Origin: Candidatus Magasanikiibacteriota bacterium | GTDB taxonomy: Bacteria; Patescibacteriota; Patescibacteriia; Magasanikbacterales; UBA922 | Direction of reading: 5' to 3' | Length of the DNA: 64,000 nt | Assembly: GCA_018651085.1 (NCBI GenBank) | Contig: JABIEQ010000002.1 | Span: forward strand, 87,783-151,782 | Shown: piece by piece, positions 41,528 to 51,513 of the stretch | Layout of the letters: each line of letters starts with the position of its first letter | Numbering within the stretch: position 1 is the stretch's first letter | The notes under the pieces: generated by a model | Databases searched by the model: none | What the model was told of the DNA's origin: nothing | Seen by the model: only the letters and a program-made list of their open reading frames with translations | Translations under genes and position numbers: made by a program

Positions 41528-43246
41528 ATGTTTTTTGATTTTCTGACCTACAATGATATTCAGCACATTATTGTTATTAAATTATGTTTTTTTCTGTTTT
41601 TAGGTTTATGTCTCTGGGGAATATATAAGCGATGCCGCGGATGGTGGTTTGTTTTTTTAGTAAGTATTTTTTCTTCTTTTACTTACCTTGTGTTTGTGAA
41701 TAATCTTGGTCTTCCGCTCTGGGGGTTAAAAGGTGATGAGATTACAATTACTGCTATGTATGAAATGATGGCGCATGGTGCAATGTTCCGTGATTTTGCC
41801 TATCCTAACTTACCAGCCTTCTATCCGCCGCTTTGGTTTTCTTTTTTTGGCCTTATTGGAAAGATTTTTTCTTGGAATGGAATTTTTATTGGTAAATTTG
41901 CAGCTGCAAGTACATTTTTATTGTTACCAGCAGTGTTTTATGCGCTGCAGGTATATTTTTGGGGTAAACAAAAGAGTGCAAGTCTTCCTGGTCCTGTAGC
42001 CTGGTTGTTTTCTTCTTTAGCGCTTTTTGTTGTTTTTGATTGGCATGTGGTGGTCTCTAAACCTTATGAAGTTGTGAGTGCTTGTTTGATTGTTCTTTGG
42101 ACGTTATTTTTCTTGTATGATTTGTGGCATAAAAAGATATCGCTTAAACGAGGACTCGTGTACAGTGTTACAGGTGGACTTCTGTTTATGGTATTTTATT
42201 TTTGGTTTTTTCTTGTAGCACTTGGTATTACTTTTTTTCATTTGTTATATAAACGTGTTTCGTTACGTAAATACGTTTCTTTATGTATTGTTGGTTTAGG
42301 GATTTTGTTGGTATCAGCTCCTTTTTGGTATCCTTTATTTGAAAGTTATAGAGTGTTAGGATCAGAAAATTGGACGCTTGGGTATTTTCTTCTTTCTGGT
42401 GTTGCAACGCATGGTCCGTTATTAACGTATTCCATTTCTTCGTTGGTTCTTTTGTTTGGATTAGTCTCTCTTATAGTGTACAGGAAACATTTTGTGCCGC
42501 GTATTCTTTTGAGTTTATTTGTTGCACAGTATGTGTGGCATATTATGGGACTTGTCACGCTTTTAGTATTGTCGTATCCAATGCAAGAAGCAAAGGGAGT
42601 CTATTATTTTCATCGAGTGGTTCTTTTGTTGGGAGCAGCTTATGGGGTTGAGCGATTATGGATATACTGTAAAAAAAGATTTTCATATAAGCATAAAGTT
42701 TGGACGCGTTCTGTTGTCCTTATTGGTGTGTGTGTATTATCTACGCAACTTTTTTTCGGGTTTACTGTTGACGATGTGCATCTACAAGAACGACGTTCTT
42801 TATCTCGATCTCTTGATAGTGATATGCAGGATCTCATATCATTTTTAGATGATACGAATGACACCGTTCATCGAGTGACTCTTCATTCAGGTATTTCTGA
42901 AATATCTGCATTTTTGCCAACCAACACCTTTATCTATTATAATGCCCATAACAGTCATCCTGCTGCACGGTTTTCTGAACGGCTATCTGTTGTTGATGCG
43001 CTGACAAGAATGACTGATCCTGAATCTTTTTTTGAGTTGACGCAACATAATGGAATAACTCCTATTACGCGATTTATCTTTTTTGCAGAAGAAGAGAAGG
43101 GATATCCACTATACTTTCATGTTGATGATTTTCCACACACTGCAAAAGAAGTAACTATGTATATTTCTCCATCGGTATTTTCTCCAGATTATTTTTCTGA
43201 AGTGTATCGATCAAAACGTTTTGTTGTATATGAATCAAACAAGTAA
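41528..43246 (+). CDS. AftA-like GT-C membrane glycosyltransferase (paralog 2)
   Basis: WGLKGDE, DFAYPNLPAFYPPLWF, PMQEAKG, NSHPAARFSER; colinear with 33427-35139. Confidence 0.7.
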   Translation: MFFDFLTYNDIQHIIVIKLCFFLFLGLCLWGIYKRCRGWWFVFLVSIFSSFTYLVFVNNLGLPLWGLKGDEITITAMYEMMAHGAMFRDFAYPNLPAFYPPLWFSFFGLIGKIFSWNGIFIGKFAAASTFLLLPAVFYALQVYFWGKQKSASLPGPVAWLFSSLALFVVFDWHVVVSKPYEVVSACLIVLWTLFFLYDLWHKKISLKRGLVYSVTGGLLFMVFYFWFFLVALGITFFHLLYKRVSLRKYVSLCIVGLGILLVSAPFWYPLFESYRVLGSENWTLGYFLLSGVATHGPLLTYSISSLVLLFGLVSLIVYRKHFVPRILLSLFVAQYVWHIMGLVTLLVLSYPMQEAKGVYYFHRVVLLLGAAYGVERLWIYCKKRFSYKHKVWTRSVVLIGVCVLSTQLFFGFTVDDVHLQERRSLSRSLDSDMQDLISFLDDTNDTVHRVTLHSGISEISAFLPTNTFIYYNAHNSHPAARFSERLSVVDALTRMTDPESFFELTQHNGITPITRFIFFAEEEKGYPLYFHVDDFPHTAKEVTMYISPSVFSPDYFSEVYRSKRFVVYESNK

Positions 43247-43949
43247 TAATTCTATTGACCTTCAACTTGGGCAATTTGCAGGCCCTCTTGATCTTTTGTT
43301 ACACGTGTTACAAGAAAAAGAGCTCCATATTACGGAAGTCTCCCTTTCTTTGGTTACAGAGCAATATTTGGGGTATCTTGATGCCTTAGAAGATGATCAT
43401 AAGCATGAAGAATTAGCGGATTTTCTTGTTGTTGCTACAAAACTGCTTCTTATCAAAGCGCGGGCACTTTTGCCACATTTTTCCTTTCAGGAAGAAGAAG
43501 ACATGAATGAGCTTGAAGAACAGTTACGACGATATAAACGTTTTGTTGATGCAAGCAAAAAATTACATCAATTATGGCTGCATCCTCATCGTTCTTTGCC
43601 ACGTATTGAACCACCAAGAAAAGCGACGTCGTTTGTGTGGCCTACAAATGTGACTCTCGACCGTCTTCATGAACGTATGGTACAATTGGTTGAGCGTTTA
43701 TCTCCACCAAAGGCACTTCCAACGGCGACCATTGATCAGCGAGTGTCTATGAAGGACACCATTAATCGGATTCGTACGCTTCTTTCTTCTGAATCTCAAG
43801 TGATATTTCAAGAAGTAGTTGGAAAAACACAGAATAAAACAGCTCTTATTGTTGGGTTTATTGCTCTTTTAGAGCTTATGAAACAAAAAGAAGTGTTTTT
43901 ACATCAAGATCATACTTTTGGAGATATTGTTATTGAATCTGCATCATAA
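43230..43949 (+). CDS. scpA: Segregation/condensation protein A
   Basis: FAGPLDLLL, LLLIKARALLP, FIALLEL..Q...FGDI. Confidence 0.93.
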   Translation: MNQTSNNSIDLQLGQFAGPLDLLLHVLQEKELHITEVSLSLVTEQYLGYLDALEDDHKHEELADFLVVATKLLLIKARALLPHFSFQEEEDMNELEEQLRRYKRFVDASKKLHQLWLHPHRSLPRIEPPRKATSFVWPTNVTLDRLHERMVQLVERLSPPKALPTATIDQRVSMKDTINRIRTLLSSESQVIFQEVVGKTQNKTALIVGFIALLELMKQKEVFLHQDHTFGDIVIESAS

Positions 43950-43955
43950 TTATTT

Positions 43956-44483
43956 ATGGATATTCTCTCTCACATTGAATCAATTTTATTTGTGGCATCA
44001 AAACCACTTCCTTTGACACGGATTGCAAAAGCTACAGGAAAGCAGGTAGGGGATATTTGTGAGGCTGTTGAAAATTTACGTCGTAAATGGAATCGAGATG
44101 ATTCAGGTATTCATATCCTTTTTGAAGCAGATCAAGTGCAAATGGTAACGAACCCTTTGTGTAGTGATGTTATTGAAGGGTTTGTAAAAGATGAAGTGGC
44201 GGGAGAGTTAACACGAGCACAACTTGAAACATTAACGGTTGTTGCGTATCAAGGTCCAGTGACTCGTCCTGAACTTGAACAAATTCGTGGGGTCAATTGT
44301 GCTATTATTTTACGAAATTTACTTATTCGTGGGTTGATTGAAGAAACAACGTCATCTGAACATATTCTTCCTGTGTATACATTATCTATTCTTTCTTTAC
44401 GTCATCTTGGTATCAGTGCTGCAACGGATCTTCCTGGATTTACTGAATTACGAAACCATGATCATATTTTAGCTTCTTCATAA
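43956..44483 (+). CDS. scpB: Segregation/condensation protein B
   Basis: IESILF, LETLTVVAYQGPVTRPELEQIRGV. Confidence 0.95.
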   Translation: MDILSHIESILFVASKPLPLTRIAKATGKQVGDICEAVENLRRKWNRDDSGIHILFEADQVQMVTNPLCSDVIEGFVKDEVAGELTRAQLETLTVVAYQGPVTRPELEQIRGVNCAIILRNLLIRGLIEETTSSEHILPVYTLSILSLRHLGISAATDLPGFTELRNHDHILASS

Positions 44484-44484
44484 T

Positions 44485-45516
44485 ATGGAACCTATTAATT
44501 TTCTTCCTCCAGCGCCTCTTGAACCTCACGTGCGTACTCGTCGGTACGCTTTTTTTGGTGTTGTTTGTCTTTTTTTGTTTGTCGGTATTGGTCTTGTTGT
44601 TATGAAGCCTTCTTCTCCTGAATCTCAAGAAGTTTCTGAAGTTGTTGCTGTTGTACCCAACATTAGTGCTGTGAGTGATGTGGTTGGAGGGGATATTCAT
44701 GTTCCTCCTCCATCACCTGTTGTCGCGTTACCAGTTCTTGAAGGTACGTTACCTTCTGTCACTGATTTTACGGCAACTCACATGGTTGTTAAAGATCATA
44801 AAACAGGGGTTGTTTTATTTGAAAAGGATCCGTACACTGAATGGCCACTTGCGAGTATTACAAAGCTTATGAGTGCGCTTGTTCTTCTTGAAAGACCACT
44901 TGATATGACAAGTTCTACTGCTGTCGTGTCTGACGCTCTTATTGATACGCATATGTACGCAGGGGACACGTATACACTTGAAGAATTGTGGCAAGCAGCA
45001 CTTATTGGTTCATCAAATAAGGCTATTGTGACGCTTGTTGACGTGAGTGGTTGGCAGCGTGAAACATTTGTGGAGCGAATGAATCAAAAAGCGTTAGAGC
45101 TTGGAATGGGGGATACGCATTTTGTTGAACCCACAGGGCTTGATGCTAAAAACACGTCGACCGCTGTTGATGTGAGTATTTTATTGTCTGAAGCATTACG
45201 TTATGATGATATCCGTGATATTGTCCTTTCTCGTGAACTGACATTGTATTCGTTTGAACGAGAAAATGAACATCACTTGTGGAATACTAATTGGCTTCTT
45301 TTGGGGTGGATTCCATATGATGGGTTTATTCTTCGAGGAGCAAAAACTGGGTATATTCCGCGTTCACGGTATAATTTTACCGTGCAAGTTGAAGATACTG
45401 ACGGACACATTATTGATGTTGTTGTTTTAGGTGCAGAAGCACATGAAGCCCGATTTACAGAAGCAAGAGACATTGCTAAGGCGGTATTTGAGGCGTATCG
45501 TTGGCCTTCTTCATAA
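44485..45516 (+). CDS. D-Ala-D-Ala carboxypeptidase/endopeptidase, peptidase S11
   Basis: ASITKLM (SxxK), SSN, KTG; N-terminal TM. Confidence 0.9.
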   Translation: MEPINFLPPAPLEPHVRTRRYAFFGVVCLFLFVGIGLVVMKPSSPESQEVSEVVAVVPNISAVSDVVGGDIHVPPPSPVVALPVLEGTLPSVTDFTATHMVVKDHKTGVVLFEKDPYTEWPLASITKLMSALVLLERPLDMTSSTAVVSDALIDTHMYAGDTYTLEELWQAALIGSSNKAIVTLVDVSGWQRETFVERMNQKALELGMGDTHFVEPTGLDAKNTSTAVDVSILLSEALRYDDIRDIVLSRELTLYSFERENEHHLWNTNWLLLGWIPYDGFILRGAKTGYIPRSRYNFTVQVEDTDGHIIDVVVLGAEAHEARFTEARDIAKAVFEAYRWPSS

Positions 45517-45527
45517 TTGATGAGTAT

Positions 45528-46091
45528 ATGCTGAAAAAATATAAAAAACATATATTTCGCCTTGTTGGGCTCGTCTTGTTGTTTTTTTTATTTGTCGTAA
45601 TTAATCAATCCCTAGTTGAAATTGATTTTATTCGTGATGTGGCACAAGATTCAGGGTACATTGGTATTTTTCTTCTTTCGGCATTAAGTGGATTTAATAT
45701 TTTAGTGCCGGTTCCAATTATTGGTTTTTTTCCTTTTTTTACAGAGATTGGTCTTCATCCTGTGTATGTGATTCTTATTATTTCAGTAGGGATGAGTTGT
45801 GGAGATACATTGGGGTTTCTTATTGGTCGATTTACAAAAACAGTAATGACTGATAAATCTCATACGTTTATGCGTCGTATTGAAAAACTGCGAGAGAAAA
45901 ATATTTGGTTACTGAGTACCTTTTTGTTTTTATATGCCTCTGTTGTGCCTTTGCCTAATGAATTGGTCGTTATCCCCGCATCTTTTTTAGGGATACGGTT
46001 TTTTCGAGTGATGATTCCTGTATTTTTTGGAAATTTAACCTTTAATATTCTTGCGGCTTTTGGGCTGTTTCATATTTTTCAATTGTTTTAG
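45528..46091 (+). CDS. DedA/VTT-like membrane protein
   Basis: Multi-TM, GDTLGFLIGR, PLPNE motif. Confidence 0.65.
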   Translation: MLKKYKKHIFRLVGLVLLFFLFVVINQSLVEIDFIRDVAQDSGYIGIFLLSALSGFNILVPVPIIGFFPFFTEIGLHPVYVILIISVGMSCGDTLGFLIGRFTKTVMTDKSHTFMRRIEKLREKNIWLLSTFLFLYASVVPLPNELVVIPASFLGIRFFRVMIPVFFGNLTFNILAAFGLFHIFQLF

Positions 46092-46094
46092 TTT

Positions 46095-46601
46095 ATGGAT
46101 TTTTTCTCTCCCTTATCTCTTGTTGCGTCTTTTCCCCCTGAACTAGGTGTCTTTTTGCTTTCCATGCTTCCTATTACAGAACTTCGTGCATCAATCCCAA
46201 TTGGGATTGAAGTGTATGGGTTGCCCGTTATTGAAACCTGGGTTATTGCTGTCGTTGGAAATATTTTACCTACTATTTTTATATTATTACTTTTTCCTAA
46301 AATGCATGAATGGTTAATTCGTCAACGATTTTTAGGAGATGTCGTGAAGAAAAAAATGCAAGCAGCTTCAGAAAAATTTTCTGGAAGATATGCAAAATAT
46401 GGAGCAATTGCTTTAATTTTATTTGTGGGGCTTCCGTTACCTTTTACTGGAGCTTGGACAGGTTCTTTAGCGGCTTTTATTTTTGACATTCCTTTTAAAA
46501 AATCACTTCCCCTTATTTCTATTGGTGTGTGTATTGCCGCTACCATTGTCACACTCATTACTGTCTTTGCAGGAGGAACATTGCGTTGGTTTTTAGGTTA
46601 A
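46095..46601 (+). CDS. COG2426 small multidrug export-like membrane protein
   Basis: LPITELRASIPIG, FVGLPLPFTGAWTG. Confidence 0.85.
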   Translation: MDFFSPLSLVASFPPELGVFLLSMLPITELRASIPIGIEVYGLPVIETWVIAVVGNILPTIFILLLFPKMHEWLIRQRFLGDVVKKKMQAASEKFSGRYAKYGAIALILFVGLPLPFTGAWTGSLAAFIFDIPFKKSLPLISIGVCIAATIVTLITVFAGGTLRWFLG

Positions 46602-46646
46602 TATATATACAAAATAAAAACAGGTACATGTGTACCTGTTTTTTTG

Positions 46647-46730
46647 TAGGCGAGGAGGGACTTGAACCCTCATGATGTCGCCATCGCTGGATTTTGAATC
46701 CAGTGCGTCTACCAATTCCGCCACCCGCCC
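46647..46730 (-). tRNA. tRNA-Leu(CAA)
   Basis: CTGGA-ttCAAaa-TCCAG anticodon arm, long variable arm. Confidence 0.96.
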
Positions 46731-46806
46731 AAAGTAAGATGTCCCTAAGTATAGGGCTTTTTGGTGTTTTTGTCAATGATATAGTATACTATGTGTATTA
46801 TTTTCT

Positions 46807-47577
46807 ATGTCAAAAATCATTGCTGTTGTGAATCAGAAAGGTGGTGTTGGAAAAACAACAACCACTATGAACTTAGCTGCATATCTTGCTGAACTCGGTA
46901 AATTTGTGCTTGTTGTTGACATGGATCCTCAAGGAAATGCGACGAGCGGTCTTGGTATTTCTCGAGCTGACCTTGCTCATGGTATATATGAAGCACTAGC
47001 GAAGCAGAAACGTATTCATGATGTTGTTATTAATACGAATCATGAAGGGTTGCGATTGGTTCCTGCAACACAAGATTTAGCGGGAGCAAACATTGAGCTT
47101 GTTGACGTGGAACGACGTGAGTTTCAGCTTGGTGACTTGTTAGAAGAACTTCGTCATGCATATGATTATATTTTAATTGATTGTCCACCGTCATTAGGGT
47201 TGTTAACGATTAATAGTTTAGTAGCAGCTGATGAGATTCTTATCCCTGTGCAAGCTGAATATTATGCGCTTGAGGGACTTGGGCAATTATTACAAACCAT
47301 TGGTCTTGTAAAAGAGCACATAAAGCCTGAAATTTCAGTGCTTGGCGCTGTGCTTACCATGTTTGATAAGCGAACAAAATTAGCAGGTGACGTTATGGAA
47401 GAATTGTATAAGTATTTTCCTGATAATATTTTTAGAAGTGTTATTCCTCGAAATGTTCGGTTGGCTGAAGCACCTAGTTTTGGGAAATCTATTTTTCATT
47501 ATGATCCAAAAGGTAAAGGGGCTCGTGCGTATGAGCGTCTTGCTCGCGAAATTTTAGAAAAACATAGCGTTATTTAA
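46807..47577 (+). CDS. parA: ParA/Soj ATPase
   Basis: NQKGGVGKTTT, DMDPQGNAT, IDCPPSLG, LAEAPSFG. Confidence 0.97.
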   Translation: MSKIIAVVNQKGGVGKTTTTMNLAAYLAELGKFVLVVDMDPQGNATSGLGISRADLAHGIYEALAKQKRIHDVVINTNHEGLRLVPATQDLAGANIELVDVERREFQLGDLLEELRHAYDYILIDCPPSLGLLTINSLVAADEILIPVQAEYYALEGLGQLLQTIGLVKEHIKPEISVLGAVLTMFDKRTKLAGDVMEELYKYFPDNIFRSVIPRNVRLAEAPSFGKSIFHYDPKGKGARAYERLAREILEKHSVI

Positions 47578-47585
47578 TTATATTT

Positions 47586-48455
47586 ATGGCATTAGGTAAG
47601 GGGCTTGGGTCACTCATCCCACAACATAAAACAAAACGAAAGGTACTTAGACGTGAAACAAGTGGAGCAAGTGATGTTCCTGATGGTGTTCGGGTTATTG
47701 ATATTCCGTTAACTGAGATTGTTCCAAATTCAGAACAACCTCGAAAACACTTTGATCATCATGATTTAGAAAGTTTGGTTGCGTCGATTAAAAAACATGG
47801 TATTTTGCAGCCGGTTACTGTAACAGAAAAGTCTGATGGGAGTTATGAGCTTATTGCTGGGGAGCGTCGTTTTAGATCTTCTCAAATTGCTGGGTTAGTC
47901 ACTATTCCTGCTATTGTTCGTTCTGTTACTGATCAAGAAAAATTAGAGCTTGCTTTAATTGAAAATATTCAGCGTCAGCAACTTAACTCTATTGAAGAAG
48001 CTTTTGCGTATAGACGGTTAATGGATGCATTTGGTCTTACGCAACAACAAGTAGCTGATCAAGTTGGTAAAAAGCGTCCAACAGTTGCTAATACTGTTCG
48101 TTTGCTTGATTTACCGTCAGTTGTGCAAAAAGCATTAATTGATGGGCAAATTAGTGCAGGGAAAGCGAGAGCTCTTTTGAGTCTAAAGGACGAAAAGGAA
48201 CAGTTAGCTATGTTTAAGAGCATGATAGGTGAATCAATGACTGTTCGTGAGGTTGAACAAGTTGTTGCAAGAAAAGGACCAATGTCACGAAAAGGATCTG
48301 TGCGGCGAGATCCAAATCTATTAGCGCAAGAACAGCTTATTGAAGAAAGACTTGGGACGAAAGTACATATTACGAAAAAAGGGGAAAAAGGAAAGATTGA
48401 AATTGAATATTATTCAAAAGAAGAATTAAAACGGTTGATTTCTGAATTGTCTTAA
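47586..48455 (+). CDS. parB: ParB/Spo0J partition protein
   Basis: LGKGLGSLI, QPRKHF, IAGERRFR, ENIQR, HTH. Confidence 0.97.
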   Translation: MALGKGLGSLIPQHKTKRKVLRRETSGASDVPDGVRVIDIPLTEIVPNSEQPRKHFDHHDLESLVASIKKHGILQPVTVTEKSDGSYELIAGERRFRSSQIAGLVTIPAIVRSVTDQEKLELALIENIQRQQLNSIEEAFAYRRLMDAFGLTQQQVADQVGKKRPTVANTVRLLDLPSVVQKALIDGQISAGKARALLSLKDEKEQLAMFKSMIGESMTVREVEQVVARKGPMSRKGSVRRDPNLLAQEQLIEERLGTKVHITKKGEKGKIEIEYYSKEELKRLISELS

Positions 48456-48506
48456 TCAGATATGATAAATAAAAAAACAACAGATGTATTTCTGTTGTTT
48501 TTTATG

Positions 48507-48593
48507 CGGAGAGACAGGGATTCGAACCCTGGGAAGGCGTTAACCCTCAACGGTTTTCAAGACCGCCGCCTTAAACCGCTCAGCCATCTCTCC
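48507..48593 (-). tRNA. tRNA-Ser(TGA)
   Basis: GCGGT-ctTGAaa-ACCGT, long variable arm. Confidence 0.96.
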
Positions 48594-48614
48594 ATGACCT
48601 TTTTGATAAAGGTG

Positions 48615-48702
48615 CGGAAGGGGCGGGATTCGAACCCGCGGTCCGGGAGTACCGGACAACACGTTAGCAGTGTGCCGCTTTCGACCACTCAGCCACCCTT
48701 CC
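48615..48702 (-). tRNA. tRNA-Ser(GCT)
   Basis: GCACA-ctGCTaa-CGTGT, long variable arm. Confidence 0.95.
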
Positions 48703-48860
48703 ATAAGTTGGTATGAACGGGGTCTATTGTAGTCGTTTTGTCTGTTTTTGTCAATATATTTTTGTTGTGGAGAAAAATGTGCTATACTCAATCATATCTA
48801 TTACATTTTTTAATCCTCATTAGCATGTCTGTCGAGTGTTAATGATTTCAGGGAGAGTCT

Positions 48861-49220
48861 ATGAGCTTTGATTTTGCTCATATTTTACCAATAACTGCAG
48901 CGCTTGCGCTCGTATGGGTAACAATATTTTTATGTGTTCTTTTATATCAGGCTGCGCGTGTTCTTCGTAATGCTAATAACATTATTGAAAATCTTACGCA
49001 TAAGCTTGAACTTATCGTTGAAGCGGTTGAGTTTATTAAAGAACGAGTTGATGGGATGACAAGTCGTATGGGTGTGTTAAGTGGTGTTGCAACAAAACTT
49101 GTGGATTCGTTTGTAATGGGCCCCATAAAAAGTAAATTGAATGCAAAAATATCTGCTAAAATGAAAGCGCCACCTCCTAAGCGGAAGAAATCAACGGCAA
49201 AGACCAAAAAGAAAAAATAA
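48861..49220 (+). CDS. Single-TM coiled-coil protein (DUF948-like), basic tail
   Basis: N-terminal TM, heptad region, Lys-rich end. Confidence 0.6.
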   Translation: MSFDFAHILPITAALALVWVTIFLCVLLYQAARVLRNANNIIENLTHKLELIVEAVEFIKERVDGMTSRMGVLSGVATKLVDSFVMGPIKSKLNAKISAKMKAPPPKRKKSTAKTKKKK

Positions 49221-49299
49221 CCTTTTTAGTTAACACACCTTATATATGAGGTGTGTTTTTTTATATCCCTTTTTATCTTGTGTTATACTATGTATTAGT

Positions 49300-50487
49300 A
49301 TGAAAGATATATTGCGTCATTTTTTTGTTCCTCATAAGGAAAATGGGTATCATCCGCACGTGCTTCATCCTAAACGAGCCGTGTTTTATAGTATGGTTTT
49401 TTGCGCTATAAAAGGAGTGCTTGTTTTGTGTGCATTACTTTTACCTACGACAGCTTTTTTATCTGATGATTTTTTTAAAGGAGAAGAGGAGATTTTATAT
49501 ACTCTTACGAATGAACTTCGTGCTTCTCAAGGGGTAGCAACTCTTGGTGTTGATGAACTTTTAGCTACGTCGGCTATGCTTAAGGCTGAAGATATGGCTA
49601 CAAAAGGATATTTTAGTCATGTTGGTCCAGATGGAAGGGGATTGGCATCTTTTTTATCAGAAGCAGAATATGATTATGGTGTTGCTGGGGAAAATTTAGG
49701 AATGGGTTTTTATGATGCTCTGTCGTTATTTCGTGCGTGGGTTAATAGTGAAACACATTATGCAAATTTGATTGATGGTTCTTTTGACGAGGTCGGTTTT
49801 GCTATTCGTTCTGGTGTGTTTGAAGGAAAACAGGTGACGTATGTTGTGCAGCATTTTGGGACGACTGCTGACGCTTTACCTGCTAAGATTGCTGCTGAAC
49901 GTATTCATAGTGTTGTGGTTGCTCCACAAGAGAACGGAGTTTCTTCGTCGTATCCTTTTGTTTGGAACGCAACGGACACCATTGTGAAAGATACTTCATT
50001 TATTTCTCAAGAGTCTGTTGAAGGAGGACTTCTTCTTCGTGCTCATGTATCTTTTCTTTCTCCAATTCACTCAGCATATGTAAAAGCGCATTCTACTATT
50101 ATTCCTTTATCTTTTGACGAAGACCTTCAAATGTATACAGGTGCTTATATGGTGGATCTACCTCCTGAAGGTACTTTTTCTGGTGTTGTTCCTGCAACAC
50201 TTCATGTTGTTGATGCCTCTCAAAATGTTCGCGTATATCCACTTTTGTGGAAAGAAGTTTCTCCAGGTGTTATTTCCTCAGTTCAACAGTATTTTTTAGC
50301 AAAACGTGATGGGTCTCCACTTGCTCCGTTATTTTTGGTTTCTCAGTGGATCTATGGTCTTTGTACATTATTTTTCATTATCATCCTTGGAGTGAAGGTG
50401 TTTGTGCATATTCGTCATCAGCATTATCATGTCATTGGGCAGACGCTTGGCCTCCTTTTTCTGCTGGGAACGTTCTTTTTTATATAA
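49300..50487 (+). CDS. CAP/SCP domain membrane protein
   Basis: KAEDM...YFSH, AGENL, W.NS.THYANL, VVQHFG; C-terminal TMs; ATG 49300. Confidence 0.88.
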   Translation: MKDILRHFFVPHKENGYHPHVLHPKRAVFYSMVFCAIKGVLVLCALLLPTTAFLSDDFFKGEEEILYTLTNELRASQGVATLGVDELLATSAMLKAEDMATKGYFSHVGPDGRGLASFLSEAEYDYGVAGENLGMGFYDALSLFRAWVNSETHYANLIDGSFDEVGFAIRSGVFEGKQVTYVVQHFGTTADALPAKIAAERIHSVVVAPQENGVSSSYPFVWNATDTIVKDTSFISQESVEGGLLLRAHVSFLSPIHSAYVKAHSTIIPLSFDEDLQMYTGAYMVDLPPEGTFSGVVPATLHVVDASQNVRVYPLLWKEVSPGVISSVQQYFLAKRDGSPLAPLFLVSQWIYGLCTLFFIIILGVKVFVHIRHQHYHVIGQTLGLLFLLGTFFFI

Positions 50488-50607
50488 ATAGTAATAAAAG
50501 TAGCTTTTTTAAACAAACCCTTTATTTTTAGGGGTTTATTTTGGTATTTTTTGACTTTTTTCCTTGCATTGTTATAGTACCTTTAGAATGTGTATAACAA
50601 TATATAT

Positions 50608-51507
50608 ATGGATGTATTTCAGCAGGGGCTCTATTTTGGTAGTTATTTCGTTTTCCCTTTTCTTTTATGGTGTATATATCGCTATACCGTAAAGCGATCA
50701 CGCATTGTATTGTTTCTCTTTGTCCTTTCTCTTTTATTTGTTGATATGCGTTTTATTGAGCCTAATATTGTGATTACTCGAGAAGAGTCGTTTTCTTTTA
50801 GTGCTCATGGTGAAAATGAAGGAACTGAAGTACGTATGGCTTTATTATCCGATATCCATCTTGGGGTATATAGAGGAAAGCGTTTTTTTGCAAAAACTAT
50901 TGACACTGTCATTGCTTCGAATCCTGATATTGTGCTTATTCCTGGAGATTTTATTTATTATATATCTTCTGAAGAACTCGTTATTTTATTTGAAGAATTT
51001 TCTAGAATTGATGTTCCTATATATGCCGTCACAGGAAATCATGATGCTGGGTATCCCGGACCATATACGAGTTCTGAGATACGACGTGCTATTAGTGCTT
51101 CTGGTGTGATATTTTTAGATAACGATATTACCTCTATTGATGTAAAAGGAAAGAAGCTTCGTTTAGTAGGTTTAAGTGATCTTTGGGAAGGGGATACAAA
51201 TTACAGTGTGTTAAAAAATATTCGTCCAGAAGATAATGCTATTGTTATTGCTCATAATCCTGACACTGTGTATGACTTTCCGTCATATGATGCTGATTTG
51301 GTAGTATCAGGTCATACGCATGGGGGGCAGATTCGGATTCCTTTTTTGTATAAACGTGCTATTCCTTCATCATATGGTTTTGATAAAGGGTGGTATGATG
51401 TTGAATCATTGAAAGTGTATGTTACGAGTGGTCTTGGTATTATTGGTCTTCCACTTCGTTTTTTAAATCTTCCTGAGGTTGTGCTTATATCTTCTCAAGT
51501 GTATTAG
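50608..51507 (+). CDS. Metallophosphoesterase (YkuE/YaeI-like)
   Basis: SDIH, GD, GNHD, HNPD, SGHTHGGQ. Confidence 0.92.
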   Translation: MDVFQQGLYFGSYFVFPFLLWCIYRYTVKRSRIVLFLFVLSLLFVDMRFIEPNIVITREESFSFSAHGENEGTEVRMALLSDIHLGVYRGKRFFAKTIDTVIASNPDIVLIPGDFIYYISSEELVILFEEFSRIDVPIYAVTGNHDAGYPGPYTSSEIRRAISASGVIFLDNDITSIDVKGKKLRLVGLSDLWEGDTNYSVLKNIRPEDNAIVIAHNPDTVYDFPSYDADLVVSGHTHGGQIRIPFLYKRAIPSSYGFDKGWYDVESLKVYVTSGLGIIGLPLRFLNLPEVVLISSQVY

Positions 51508-51513
51508 CAGTGT

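Noticed and set aside
46731-46806. Replication origin near parAB
   Set aside because: No DnaA-box cluster; the gap is filled by divergent tRNA-Leu/parA promoter sequence.
48462-48791. ORFs over the tRNA-Ser pair (and 46558-46776 over tRNA-Leu, 62997-63197 over tmRNA)
   Set aside because: Overlap RNA genes.
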